DNA of 28,152 bases from Elusimicrobiota bacterium (GTDB lineage Bacteria > Elusimicrobiota > Elusimicrobia > UBA1565). Within the stretch, counting starts at the first letter, position 1; each line of letters opens with the position of its first letter. Positions 15,958 to 27,900 of this stretch are shown one piece after another. A program made the position numbers and the translations under genes. The notes beneath the pieces were generated by a model that was not told the origin of the DNA, made no database searches, and worked only from the letters and a program-made list of their open reading frames with translations. Location of the stretch: NCBI GenBank assembly GCA_043827405.1, contig JBDRPD010000005.1:1-28152 (forward strand), written 5' to 3'.

Positions 15958-18900
15958 GGTCCTACCTCCAGCACGTATACCTTGCCTTCCAAGGTGCCGA
16001 AAACGATGGCGTTATTGGTGTAGTCGTAAACCAGCTCGCCGCGCACCGGCGAGCCGACATATACCGGCCAGCCGTCGCGGTGCGCGCCGTCCGCGACCTT
16101 AAGACCGTAGACATAGCCGTCGTCCGAACCGACGTAGATGTAATTCGCGCCCGCGCTCGTAATGCTGGTGGGCAGCATTACCGGCGTGCCGCGGACCTGG
16201 GCGCCGGTCTGGCGGGCCCAGATCAGAGCGCCGGTCCCGGCGTTCAGTTTATAAAGCTTGCCGTTATCGCAGCCGAAGTATATCGCCCGCGGGCTTTCAT
16301 CGCGGCTTATGTAGGGTGAGGAGCGCAGCGCCCCCGACGGACTGACCGTATAGTCGCTCCAGCCGCCCGGTATCGTCGAAAGGTTGGCCGAGGTCCGCGC
16401 GCGGAACACGCCGTCATCGGCGCCCCAGAAGATATTATTGGAGTCGCCGGAACCGCCGGAATCCAGATTGGGCGTTATCCGGATGGCCGCGGCGGAAGGG
16501 GACTCGGAAGTCGTTACGGTTCCGTCCACGGTCTTCAAGCGGTAGATGCCGCCGCCTTCCGAGCCGATCCACAGCGCTTTGACGCCGTTGCGGTTGTCCA
16601 AATACGCGGTCCCCGAAAATGCCCCGGAGATCGACGGGTCAAAGCTCCAGCCGGCGTCGGTGTCTCCGGTAGCCGGATCGAGCTTATACACCTTGCCGTC
16701 CTGGCCGCCGATGTAGAGCGCGTCGACGGCGCCGCCGCCGTCGAAGGTGGGGACGATCGCCGACTTGAAGGTGCCGCTCAAGTCGCGCTTCCAGTCCTGC
16801 ACGGCGCTGCCGCCGCCGCCGTCATGGATCTTGTAGATATCGCCCTGGTCATTGGCGAAGTAGATGTAGTCGGTGCCGGTCACCTGGTCGAAGAAGGGCA
16901 CGGTCTTGATGGCGCCGGCGGGCGAGGTGGTGAACGTCCACTTTACCGTGCCGTCGATGTTCAGCGAGATCATGCGGCCGTCCTTGGTGCCGACGAAGGG
17001 AGCGTCGGTGTCCCAGCTTACCGCGATGCCGGCTTCGATCCCGGGCTCGGTGCCGCCGAGGTCGCGCGGGTAGGTGGTGCCCGCGGGCGGCTGGGCCGGG
17101 GCGATGGCGGTCGAGCTCGAGGTAGTGACCGGGGTCGCGTCTTCGAGAATCTGCATGGTGTCGGAAAGCCCGTCGCGAATCCCGATCCCGGTCTCGGCGT
17201 CCACCGTGGCGCGCACGTTGTTGGGGACTTGCGCCGCGGCGTCCGCGGCCCAGTCGACGGCCAGGAAGTAGCGGCGGTAGTCGCCGGCGGCGATCTTGGC
17301 CTCGTCATCATTGGGATCGCCGACGGTGATCACCTGCACGCCGTTGGCGTCGAGGGCGAAGCTGGCGCTCGGCAGGCTGACCACTACCTCGGTATCGATG
17401 CCGGCATGAAACTGGCCGGTGGTATCGTTATCGACGGCGTCGGCGATGATATGGATGCTGCTGAAGATCGCCTGCGCCGAGGCGGTGCCCAGCGGGTAAA
17501 GGTCCTTGTCGGTCAGCTGCACCGTGACCTGGGCCAGCTCCAGGCCGTTGGCGGCGCCGGGGCTGTTCGAGTTGACGGTGAATTTGAACAGCGCCGTGCG
17601 GGCGCCGTTGTTGACGCGGTCGATGGTCGCGTCCGAAACGGACACGGTCGATAGACTGGCGTCGAAGGTCAGGGCGGTGCGCTCGAGCGCCGCCGCTAGG
17701 CCGGCTCCGGTATCGGTGCGCAGCACCAGCTTGTAGACGGCGCCGTCGACCAAGCTGTTGCCGTCATAGTCATAGGTCGTGGTGCCGCCGATCAGCACGT
17801 CCTGGGCCCCGGTGCTGGAGAGATCGGCGTTGAGCGCGGCGAGATCGTAGAGGTGGGGGGACTTGGAGTCCGCGGCGCCGCCGGTGCGGATCAGCCAGGC
17901 GCTGTCGGTCACGCCGCCGGTCGAGTCGGCGCCCAAGGTGAGGCCGAGCCGGAAGCGCCGCGGGAAGTAGATGCTCGAGGTCGGGTAGCTCAGCGTGTTG
18001 GCCGCCGGCGGCGTGCCGGCGACATTGGTGGCGCCGAAGCTGCCGGCCGCCTGCTCTGTGAAGTCGGCGGCGTCGATGCCGGTGTCCAGGCCGTTGGTGA
18101 CGCGGCCGATGGTCTTCGGGTCGGCCAGGCCGCCGGCCGTCGCCGAGGAGTAGGAGATGAGAACCGCCTTATTGCTGCGGTAGGAATAGGCCGCGCCCGA
18201 CTCCCAGGTGACGCGGTCGAGCACCTGCCCGGCGGCATTCTCCAGCACGACATAGTCGCCGGCCGCCGTCAGCCCGCTGCCGCCGAAGGCCGCGCTGTAG
18301 GTTTGGGCCGTATTGTCGACCGACGTGACGTCGATCGCGTTGAAGGCGCCCGACGGGACGGTGCGGGTAAACCGGAAGGCCTCGGCATTGCCGCTGCGCA
18401 GATAATGATCGGTCAGCACGTCGGCGGCGCCGCCGATATTGAAGAACTCGATGAACTCATCGGCCAGCGCCTGATAGTTCACCTCGTTGATTTTGACGTC
18501 GCCGGTGACCGCATTGGCGATGTTTTGCGTCGGCGTAGGGTCGACCTCGAAGTAGTCGGGATCGCCGTCGGCGATGCGGGCGAAGCTCTGGCCGGCGGCC
18601 TGCGCCGGCCACTGCACCTTGCCGACGAGCAGGCCGGCGGCGTCACGCAGGACCACGTGATAGCTCGAGCCGCCGTCCATGTCCACCGACGGGATCATGG
18701 TCAAAAAGCCGCCCGAGGAGATGGTGTCGTCGCCGCTGCCGGTCCATACCGCGGCCTCCGAGCCGGGGGTATCGATCGTGCCCTGATTATAGCTCAGCGT
18801 CCAGCCGTCGAGACTGTGGGCGTCCGGGGTCTGGTTGAAGATTTCGACCCAGTCGCTGCCGGCGCCGGAGCCGCCGGCCAGCACCTCATTGATGTAGACC

Positions 18901-21900
18901 GACTTGATCTGCGGCACTTCCCAGGGCGAGTTGGAAATGCCCGCCGTGCTGTGCGCCTTGTCGAAGGCGCGCACCGCGAAGTAGTAGGTAGTCTCAATCA
19001 GCAGCTCGGCGAAGACGATGGATTCGGTCTGCCCCGCCGCCTTGGGCACCAGGGCCTGCACGTAGGTGGTCGCGGCGTCGAAGAGCGTTTGATTCGTGAT
19101 GGCGCCGTCGCTGGTGACCTTGACGATATAGCCGCCCTCGGTGTTGGCGTCGCCGGTCCCGTTGTCGCCCGGCGCGGTCCAGTTCAGCATTAGCGTGCCG
19201 CGCACCGGGTGGCCCTGGGTCACCGCCAAGTCGCCGACGGGCGCCGGTGTCACGGTATCCTTCCAAACCTTGAAGGCGTCGTTGAGGGTCGCCGTGCTGG
19301 CGGCATAGTCCCAGACCCGGACCGAGATGTAGTTGGTGCCGGGCTCCAGCAGGTTAAAGGCGATCGGCCATGAGGCGGTGCGGTCGGCGGCGCCGATGTC
19401 GGTCGCGATGTCGGTCCAGGCGATCGGGTTGGCGCCCGTCTGGCCGGCGCCGGTATAGGCCGCGTACTGCGCGGTCTGCAGCAGCGAGCCGCCGGTGTCG
19501 TGGAACTCCACGGCGTAGTCGTAGGAGCGGGCCGCCGAGCGCCACACCAGGTCGCCGCCGGACTCGTTGTTGGTGAAAGTGGGCGCGGTATCGTCCTTGC
19601 GGATGATAAAGACGTCGGTGGTGACGGTGCTGCGGCCGACCTGGTCGAAGGCGCGGGCGGAGATATAGTTGAGGCCGCCCTGCAGGGCCGAGTAGTCGAC
19701 CGCCCACTCGTCGAGCACATGCGCGGTTCCGGTTGAAGTAAAGAAGGGGGTCCAGACTTTGAGGATGGTCCCGGTGTCGCCGGCGCCGGAGCGGATTCGG
19801 TACTCGGCGCTGGTGATGCCCGAGGCCTGGTCGTGGAAGTCGACGTCGAAGACGGCGCCGGGATCGGCGCTGATCCAGTCGCCGTTGGGCTGATTGTCCG
19901 CCATGGTCGGCGCGTCGGTGTCGACCAGGATGGTGAACTGGGCGGTGGTAAACTTGGAGTCGAGCGCGGAGGCGACGAGGTAGACGCTGTTGGTGCCGGC
20001 GCCGGGGTAGAGGCTTTCCTTCAGCGGTACCTTGTTCGCGGTCCAGGTCTGCACCGCGGTGGTGCCGTCGGCGCCGCTGATGCTGAAGGTATTGGTGGAG
20101 AGCCCGAGCCAGGTGAAGTCGGTCCCGGCTTCGGTGGATACGGCCACCGCGGGCGCCGCCAGGCTGTGGCCGCCGGCGGCCAGGTTGTAGGTTTCCGCCG
20201 CCTGGTCGCCGGAGAGCGCCGTCGTGGCGATGCGCACCTCGTCGATGTCGACGTTGGCGAAGCGGCTGCCGTTGCCCATGCTGGCCCCTTGGACGCTGCC
20301 GGCGCCGAGCCAGGCGTAGATCGCCGACGGATAGGTCCGCGCCGTCGCGGCAACGACCTGCGAGCCGCTGGCGGCCAGGCCGCCGTCGACGTAGAGGTAC
20401 ATGCCGGTGGTGCTGAGCACCGCGGTCACGAAGTGCCAGGCGCCGTCGGCGTAGGTGCCGCCGGCCTGCACCAGACGGCGGGCGCCGGCGTTGTTGGTGA
20501 CCACGAAGGCCAGGTTGCCGCTGGTGTCGCGCCAGCCGATCTCGGCGTCGTAGTTGGCGGCGCCGGCCGAGGCGGAGTCCGCGGCCTGAAACATATAGCC
20601 CTGGGCCGTGGAGGTGCGGAACCACATGCTGACCGACCACTCGTTATGGCCCGCGGTCGAGCGCCAGGGCTCCAGGTCGATGCTGACCGCGCGGTTCTGG
20701 CTGCCGTCGAAGTCGAGGGCCTTGCCGATGCGGCCGGTGATCCAGCCGGGCTTGGGGGTGCCCTGCAGGGCGGCGGTATGGCCGTTGGGACCGGAGTCAT
20801 TGGCGTCGGTGCCGGAGCCCTCGTCGAAGTGCCACAGGCCCAGGTGGCTGGGCGTTCCGGTTACCGACAAACCGGGGGCGAACTTGGACTGCACCTGGAT
20901 GCGGATGTTCGGGGTGTCGGTATCGGTGTAGACCGCGGCGTCCTGCCAGGCGCCGAGGGCGTCGCTGACTTCAAAGGTGCCGGAGATGAAGCCCGGCTTG
21001 GCCGAGTCCAAGGTCAAGGTCGAGCCGTAGGTGGTGAAGGCGGAGGGGAAGTTGTAGCGGCTGCGGGCGCGCACGCGCGCATAGTAGGTGGTGCCGGGCA
21101 CCAGGCCGATGAACTGGTAGGAGATGTCGTTGACCGTCCTCTCGATCAAGGTGCCGCTGAAGTCGACGGCGTCGGATATCTGCGCCTCGTAAGCGGTATC
21201 CGCCGGGTTGTAGCCGCTCGCCCCGGTGCCGCTGGTCCAGCTCAAAGTGAAGCGGTCGGCGCCCACGGCGGCGTAGCTCGCGGCCGCGGCGCCGGGGGCG
21301 ACAGCCAAGGTCGCCGTGGAGCCCAGGCCGGCATAGCTCGAAGCCAGCCATGAGCCGTTGCGCGCCCGGGCGCGGGCATAGTAGGTAGTATTCGGGTGCA
21401 GGCCGGAGAAGTAGGCGCTCAGGTTCGCGGTATTGCTGCTGAACACGGCGCTGAAGCTGGAGAAGCTCGACAGCTCGACCTGGTAGCGGGTGCCGGCGGT
21501 ATTGGCCGGAGAGCCGGCGGTGATGCCCACGGTCAGGCTGGAGACGAAGACCGGGGCGAAAACCGGGGACGCCGCCGCCGGGGTGTTGGCCAAGGTGATG
21601 GTGGAGCCGATGGCGGTGAAGTCGGAGCCGATCTCCTGCACATTGACCGACTGCACCCGCGCGTAGTAGGTGGCGTTGGGCACCAGGCTGAGCACCAGCG
21701 CCGATAGGTTGTAAGTCGCGGAGCTGCGGATGGCGGATCCGAAATCGGAGACGCTGGAGAGCTCGACTTTATACTTGGTGCCGGCCGGATTGCCGCCGGA
21801 GGTCCACTGCAGGGCGGCGGAGGTCACAAAGACGCCGGTGAAGGTCGGATCGGCGGCGCCGGGCGCGCTGGAGAAGGTGCGGGTGGCGGCGAGCACGGTG

Positions 21901-24900
21901 TAGTTCGCCGCTCCGTTGTGATTGAGGCTGCCGACGCGGAAGTAGTAAGTGGTGTTGGCGCCGATCCCCGAGACCGTGAGCGTCGAGGACAGGACATTCG
22001 CCGTCGCCGAGGACAGGACCGTGCCGCTGAAGTTCGCGTTGATAGCCGCCTCCAGCACATAGCCTTGCGCGGTGCTTTCGGGCGGAGCCGCGGGCCGGGC
22101 CGCCCAGTTGGCGGTCACCGAGCCGGCATAGACGGCGAGGAAGTGCTCGGCCAGCGCGGTCGGCGCGACGGCCAAGGTCGAGGTGGCCTTGGTCACCGCG
22201 TTATTGACCGCATGGTTGCGGTTAAGCGAACCGGCGCGCACGTAGTAGGTGGTGTTGGCGAGCAGGCCGGATACCACGAGCCCGGTCGCCGCGCCGTTGG
22301 CGGTCGCCGAGGTCAGTACCGCGCCGCTGAAATCGGCCGCAGGCGAGGCCTGGACGCGGTAGCCCTGCGCCCCGCCCGCCGGGACGCCCCAGGTCACCGA
22401 CATGCTGGAAAGGAATACGCCGCTGAAGGTCACGCCGGTAGGAACGCCGGCGAGGCTGGCGGTCGAGCCCAGCGCGGTGAAGTGCGGCTTTCCGTTCCAG
22501 TTGATGCCGCCGGCTCGGAAGTAATAGGTAGTGTCGGCGCCAAGCCCGGAGACCGTCAAGGTCGACACCGCAACGCCGGTCGTCGCCGAGGACAGCACTG
22601 TGCCGCTGAAGTTCGCGGCCGTGGAAGCCTCCAGCCGGTAGCCTTCAGCGGTCTGCGAGGCGGGTGTTGTAGGTAGAGCTGCCCAGTTGGCGGTAACCGA
22701 ACCGGCGAAAACGCCGAGGAAGGCGGGCGTCAGCGTATTCACCGCGCGCGTCAAGGTGCTGCTTGAGCCGCCGGCGACGAAGTTGGGGGCGTCGCCCGGG
22801 TTCACCGCGCCGGCGCGGAAGTAGTAGGTCGAGTTCGCGTCCAGGCCGGATACCGTCAAGGTCGAGAGCGCGGCGCTGAAGGTCCGCGTCGAATGCACGG
22901 TGCCGCCGAAGGCCGGGTCGAGCGAGGCTTGCAGCAGGTAGCCGACCGAGGTCATGGACGCCGGGCTCATGGCGAAGGCCTTCCAGTTGAGAGTGGCCGA
23001 GGAGGCGAAGGTGGCGGCGATCTGCGTGTTCTCGATCGGGCTGGCCAGAGTCGCCACCGTGGTGCCGTTGGATATGCTGGACCAGTTGGGCCGGATATCC
23101 GCGGTCCACAGGTGGAAGTAGTAGGTCGAGTCCGGGAACAGCCCGCCCACCAGCCGCGACTGGTAGGCGCCGGGAGCGACGTTTGAGGTAGAGAAAACGA
23201 CCTGGGCGCTCGCCGTCGCCAGCGTCACATTGGTGTGGGTGGCGTAGAGGATGGCGTAGTTGCCGCTGAGCGGATTGTCGGTGGCGTCGGTCGGCGCGGT
23301 CCAGGTCAGCAGCATGCTGGTCGCCGATACCGTGGACGCGCTCAGGTTCGCCACCGGTCCGGGCGCGGTGCCGTCGGCCGAAGTGCCGGTCAAAGTCGAG
23401 CCGACAGCGCTGAAGCTCGGCGCGTCGGACCAGTTGAGCGCGGCCACCCGCAGGTAGTAGGTGGTGTCGGAGAGCAGGCTGACCACGGTCAAGGAAGTCG
23501 CCGCGCCGTTATAGGTTTTTGAGCTGGTGACATTGCCGGTGAAGCTCGCGGCGGTCGAGGCATCGACCCGGAAGCCCTCGGCGCCGCCCGCCGGCGCCGA
23601 CCAGGTCACCGATACGCTGGAGACGCCGACGACGCCGAAGCCCGGCCCGGCCGGCGGGTTGGTCAAGGTGCTGGTGCTGCCGTCGGCCGCGAAGTTGAGC
23701 ACCGAGTTCCAGTTGCGGCCGCCGACGCGGAAGTAATACGTCGTGTTGACGCTGAGCGTCTCGACGGTCAAAGTGGTGAGATCGCCGTTGGCGGTCTCCG
23801 ATGAGATGACGCCGCCGCTGAAGTCGGCGGTCGCCGACGCGTCGACCCGATCGCCTGCGGCGCCGAAGGCCGGCGCCGTCCACGACAGGGTAGCGCTGGT
23901 AAGATGCACCGCGACGACGGCGGGTGACAGCGCCGCGCCGGCCAAAGTGCTGGTGGCCGCGGCGAGCCCGAAGCGGACCGCGCCGTTATGGTTGAGCGAG
24001 CCGGCGCGGAAGTAATAGGTCGTGTTCTCGTCGAGGCCGGTAAGGGTGAGGGCGGTCAGGCCGCCGTTGGGCGTGGCCGAGGACAGCACCGTACCGCCGA
24101 AGCCCTGGGAGGCCGAAGCCTGCAGAACGTAGCCCTGGGCGCCGCCGGCGGGCGCCGTCCACGAGAGGGTCGCGCTGGAGGCGAACAGGCCGTCGTAGGT
24201 CAGCGCCGTCGGGGCGTCCGCCAGGCTGCTGGTGGCCGGGAAGACCCGGAAGTTCGCCGCGCCGCCCTGATTGAGCGCGCCGGCGCGGAAGTAGTAGGTG
24301 GTGTTGGGATCGAGACCGCTGACGGTCAAGGTGCTGAGCGCGGCGTTGAATGTGGTCGAGGACAGGATGCCGGCGCTGAAGTCGGCGAGGGCCGAGGCTT
24401 CCAGAATATAACCGCCGCCGCCGGGCAGGGCCGCCCAGTTGACGGTGACCGAGTCGGGGAATACCTCTAAATAAGTCGGATCCAGCGCCGTGATCTGCGC
24501 GCCCAAAGTCGCGGTGGAGCCCAGCGAGAGATACTTGGCCTGCCCGTTCCAGTTCAGGCTGCCGGCCCGGAAGTAGTAGGTGGTGTCGGCGGCCAGGCCG
24601 GCCACGGTCAAGGTACTCTCGGCCACATCGCCGGTCGCGATCGTGCGCAGCGTGCCGCTGAAATCGGCGGCGGTGGAGGCGTCGAGGCGGTAGCCTTCGG
24701 CGCTCAGCGCCTGCGGGCTCGCCGGCCGCGCCGCCCAGTTCGCCGTGACCGAAGTCTGGAAGACGTTGAGAAAGCTTTCGGCCAGGGCGACCGGCGCCTT
24801 GGCCAAGGTCGAGGTGGACAGGGAAGACGAGAAGCCCGCCGCATTGCCCGCGGCGTCCTTGGCCCGGGTGCGGAAGTAGTAGGTGGTGTTGGCGGCCAGG

Positions 24901-27900
24901 CCGGTAAATACATGAGCGGCGGCGGCGATATAGCCGCTGTCTTCAGTTATGGCGCCGAAGCCTGAGTCGGCGGCGGCCTGAATCTGGTACGGGGCGGCCG
25001 CCAGTCCGCTGAGCGCATCGGCGGCGGTCTGCGCGCTCACCGTCATGCCGTAGGTGGTGACGGCGGTCAGCGCATCGAGAACGGCATTGGTCGGCGCCGT
25101 GGTATCGACCAGCACCGTGAACTGCGCCGTGGTCAGCTTGCCGTCGAGCGCGGAGGCGATGAAGAATACCTGGTTGGTGCCGGCCCCCGGCGCGGCCGTC
25201 TGCGCGACCGGCAGGTCGGTCGCCGTCCAGGTTTCGACTCCCGTGGTGCCGTCGGCGCCGCTGATGGTGAAGGCATTGCCGGGCAGCCGCGTCCAGGTGA
25301 AGACGTCGCCGTCGGCGATCGAGATGTCCAGCGCCGGGCCCTCCAGGCGGTGGCCGGTGCCGGCCATGGCGTAGGCGTCGGCGGCCTCCTGGGCGGAGAA
25401 TGCGACGGTGTCGATATACACCTCGTCGATGTCGGCATTGGCGAACAGGCTGCCGTTGCCCAAATTGCTGTCGAGCTTGCTGGCCGCGCCCACCCAGGCA
25501 TGGATGGTGGTGCTGTAGGTGCGGGCGTCGTTGGAGGTGACGCCGGTATTGGAGCCGGCCTGATTGCCGTCGACGTAGAGGTAGAGGCCCGATGAGCCCA
25601 GCACCATCATCACGAAGTGCCAGCCCCCGTCGGTGTAGGCGGCGTCGCCCTCGGCGATCTTCTGGGCGCCGCCGGCGCCGCGCAGAGCCGCCGAGAGCTT
25701 GCCGCTGGTATTGTGCCAGGCGATATCGGCGTCGAAGTTGCCTGAGGAGGTATCGGTCTTGTTGGCGGTCTGGAACAGATAGCCGCTGTTGACGCTGGCG
25801 CGGAACCAGAAGCTGACCGTCCACTCATTGTGCGCCGCCGAGCTGCGCCAGGGCGCGAGGTCGACGCTGACCGCGTAGTTGGAAGCGCCGTTGAAGTCCA
25901 GGGCCGAGCCCAGACGGCCGGAGATCCAGGACGGAGAGTTCTGCAGGTTGAGGGCATGATCATTGCGCGAATGATCATCCGCCGCGGCGCCCGAGCCTTC
26001 ATCGAGGCTCCAGCGGACGAGCGGGCTGTCCGCTTCATCGACCGCGAGCCCGGGCGTAAACTTGGACTGCACCTGGATGCGTACATTGGGGGTATCCGTG
26101 TCCGTATACAAGGAAGAATCGATGTACTGCCCCTGGGAGTCCGAGACTTCAAAAGTCCCGCTGACGAAGCCGGGCTTGGAGGAGTCGCCCGTCACCGTCG
26201 AACCCAGAGTCGTAAAGTTCGTGGGTATGTTTTGGTGGTTGCGGGCGCGTACCCGAGCGTAGTAGGTGGTGCCGGGAACCAAGCCGCCGAACTGGGCCGA
26301 CAGGCCGTTGATCGAGACCTCGGTGAGCGCGGCGCTGAAATCCTGCGCCTCGGAAATCTGGGCATTAAATAAGGTGTAGGTCGAGTTGAAGCCGACCGGC
26401 GCCGTACCGCTGGTCCAGTTCAAAGTGAAGCGTCCGGCGCCTACCGCGGTGAAGGCCTCGGCCGGCGCGCCGGGCTGGGCCGCCAAAGTGGCCGTCGAGC
26501 CCATATCGCCGTAGCTTGTCAGCTTGCCGTCGGCATTTCGCCCCCGGGCCCGCGCGAAGTAGGTGGTATTGGGCGCCAGGCCGGCATAGAAGGCGCTGAC
26601 TTCGGCCGTGTCGCTGCTGTAGACGGCGCTGAAGTCGGAGAAGCTGGAAAGCTCGACGTCATAGCGCGTGCCGACCGGATTGGCCGGCGTCCCCGGATCA
26701 TAGCTCAAGGTCAGGCTGGAGATGAAGACCGGCGCGAAGACGGGAGTCGCCGGCACGGGAGCATTGGCCAGAGTCAAAGTGGAGCCGAGCGCGGTGTAGA
26801 CGCTGGCGATGCCGCCATGGTTGGCGGCCCGCACCCGGGCGTAGTAGGTCGAGTTCGGCGTCAGCGACTGACGCGCGGCCGAGGTATTGCGTGTGGCCGA
26901 GCTCAGCACCGTGCCGCTGAAGTTCAGGGCGGTGGAGAAGTCGACGACGTAGAGGGTGCCGGGGGCGTTGCCGTTGCCGGTCCACTGCGCCGTGACCGAG
27001 GATGCGCCTACCAAAATGAAGGGCAAAGCCGCCGCCAGCGGCGGGTTGGCCAGAGTCACCGAGGCCGGCAGCACGGCGTAGTTGGCCGCGCCGTTCCAGT
27101 TCAGGCCGCCGGCGCGGAAATAGTAGGTGACATTGGGTGTCAGACCGTAGACGGTCAAAGTCGAGAGCGCGACATTGGGAGTGCTCGATGTCAGGACGAC
27201 CCCGGTGCCGTCGAACGCCGTCGACGACGCCGCCAGGCGGTAGCCTTCCGCGGTTTGCGGGGCGGGTGCTGGAGGCAGAGCGGCCCAGTTGACGGTGAAG
27301 GACGCGGTGAAGATGCCCAGGAAGTCCGGCGTCAGGCGCACGACCTGGCCGGTCAAGGTGCTGGTAGCGGCCAGGACGGCGAAGTTGGGCGCGCCGGCGA
27401 CGTTGAGGCTGCCGACCTGGTAGTAGTAGGTGGTGTTGGCGTCAAGGCCGGTCAAGGTCAGCTCGGCGGTCCCGACGGCGGCGGCGGCGGCGGAATAGAC
27501 TGCACCGCCCGGGGCCGCGGCGCCGAAGTTGGTGGATGAGGCTTCCAGGCGATAGCCATGCGCGCTCGCCGCGGGCGGGCTCGCGGGCAAAGGCGTCCAA
27601 CTGACGGTGGCCGAGGTCTGGTGGATCGCCGCATAGGCCGCGTCCGCCGCCGGGTTGGAGAGCACCGCGGCCGTGCTGGCGTTGGAGACCGTGGACCAGT
27701 TGGGCTTGATGTCGGAGGTCCACAGGTGGAAGTAGTAGGTCGTATTGGCGTCGAGGCCGCTCACGACGCGCGACTGGTAGGAGCCCGGCGTCACGCCGGC
27801 GGTTGAGAATACCACCTGGGCGCCGGCGGTGGATAAGGTCACGCCGGTATGGGTGGCGTAGAGGATAGCGTAGTTGCCGCTGAGCGGATTGTCGCTCGGG

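Noticed and set aside
3933..25824. Long antisense or alternative-frame ORFs (e.g. 3933-5396, 7398-8999, 13780-16023, 19833-21353)
   Set aside because: They are shadows of real genes caused by high GC3 bias, with Arg/Gly/Ala-rich translations and no motifs.
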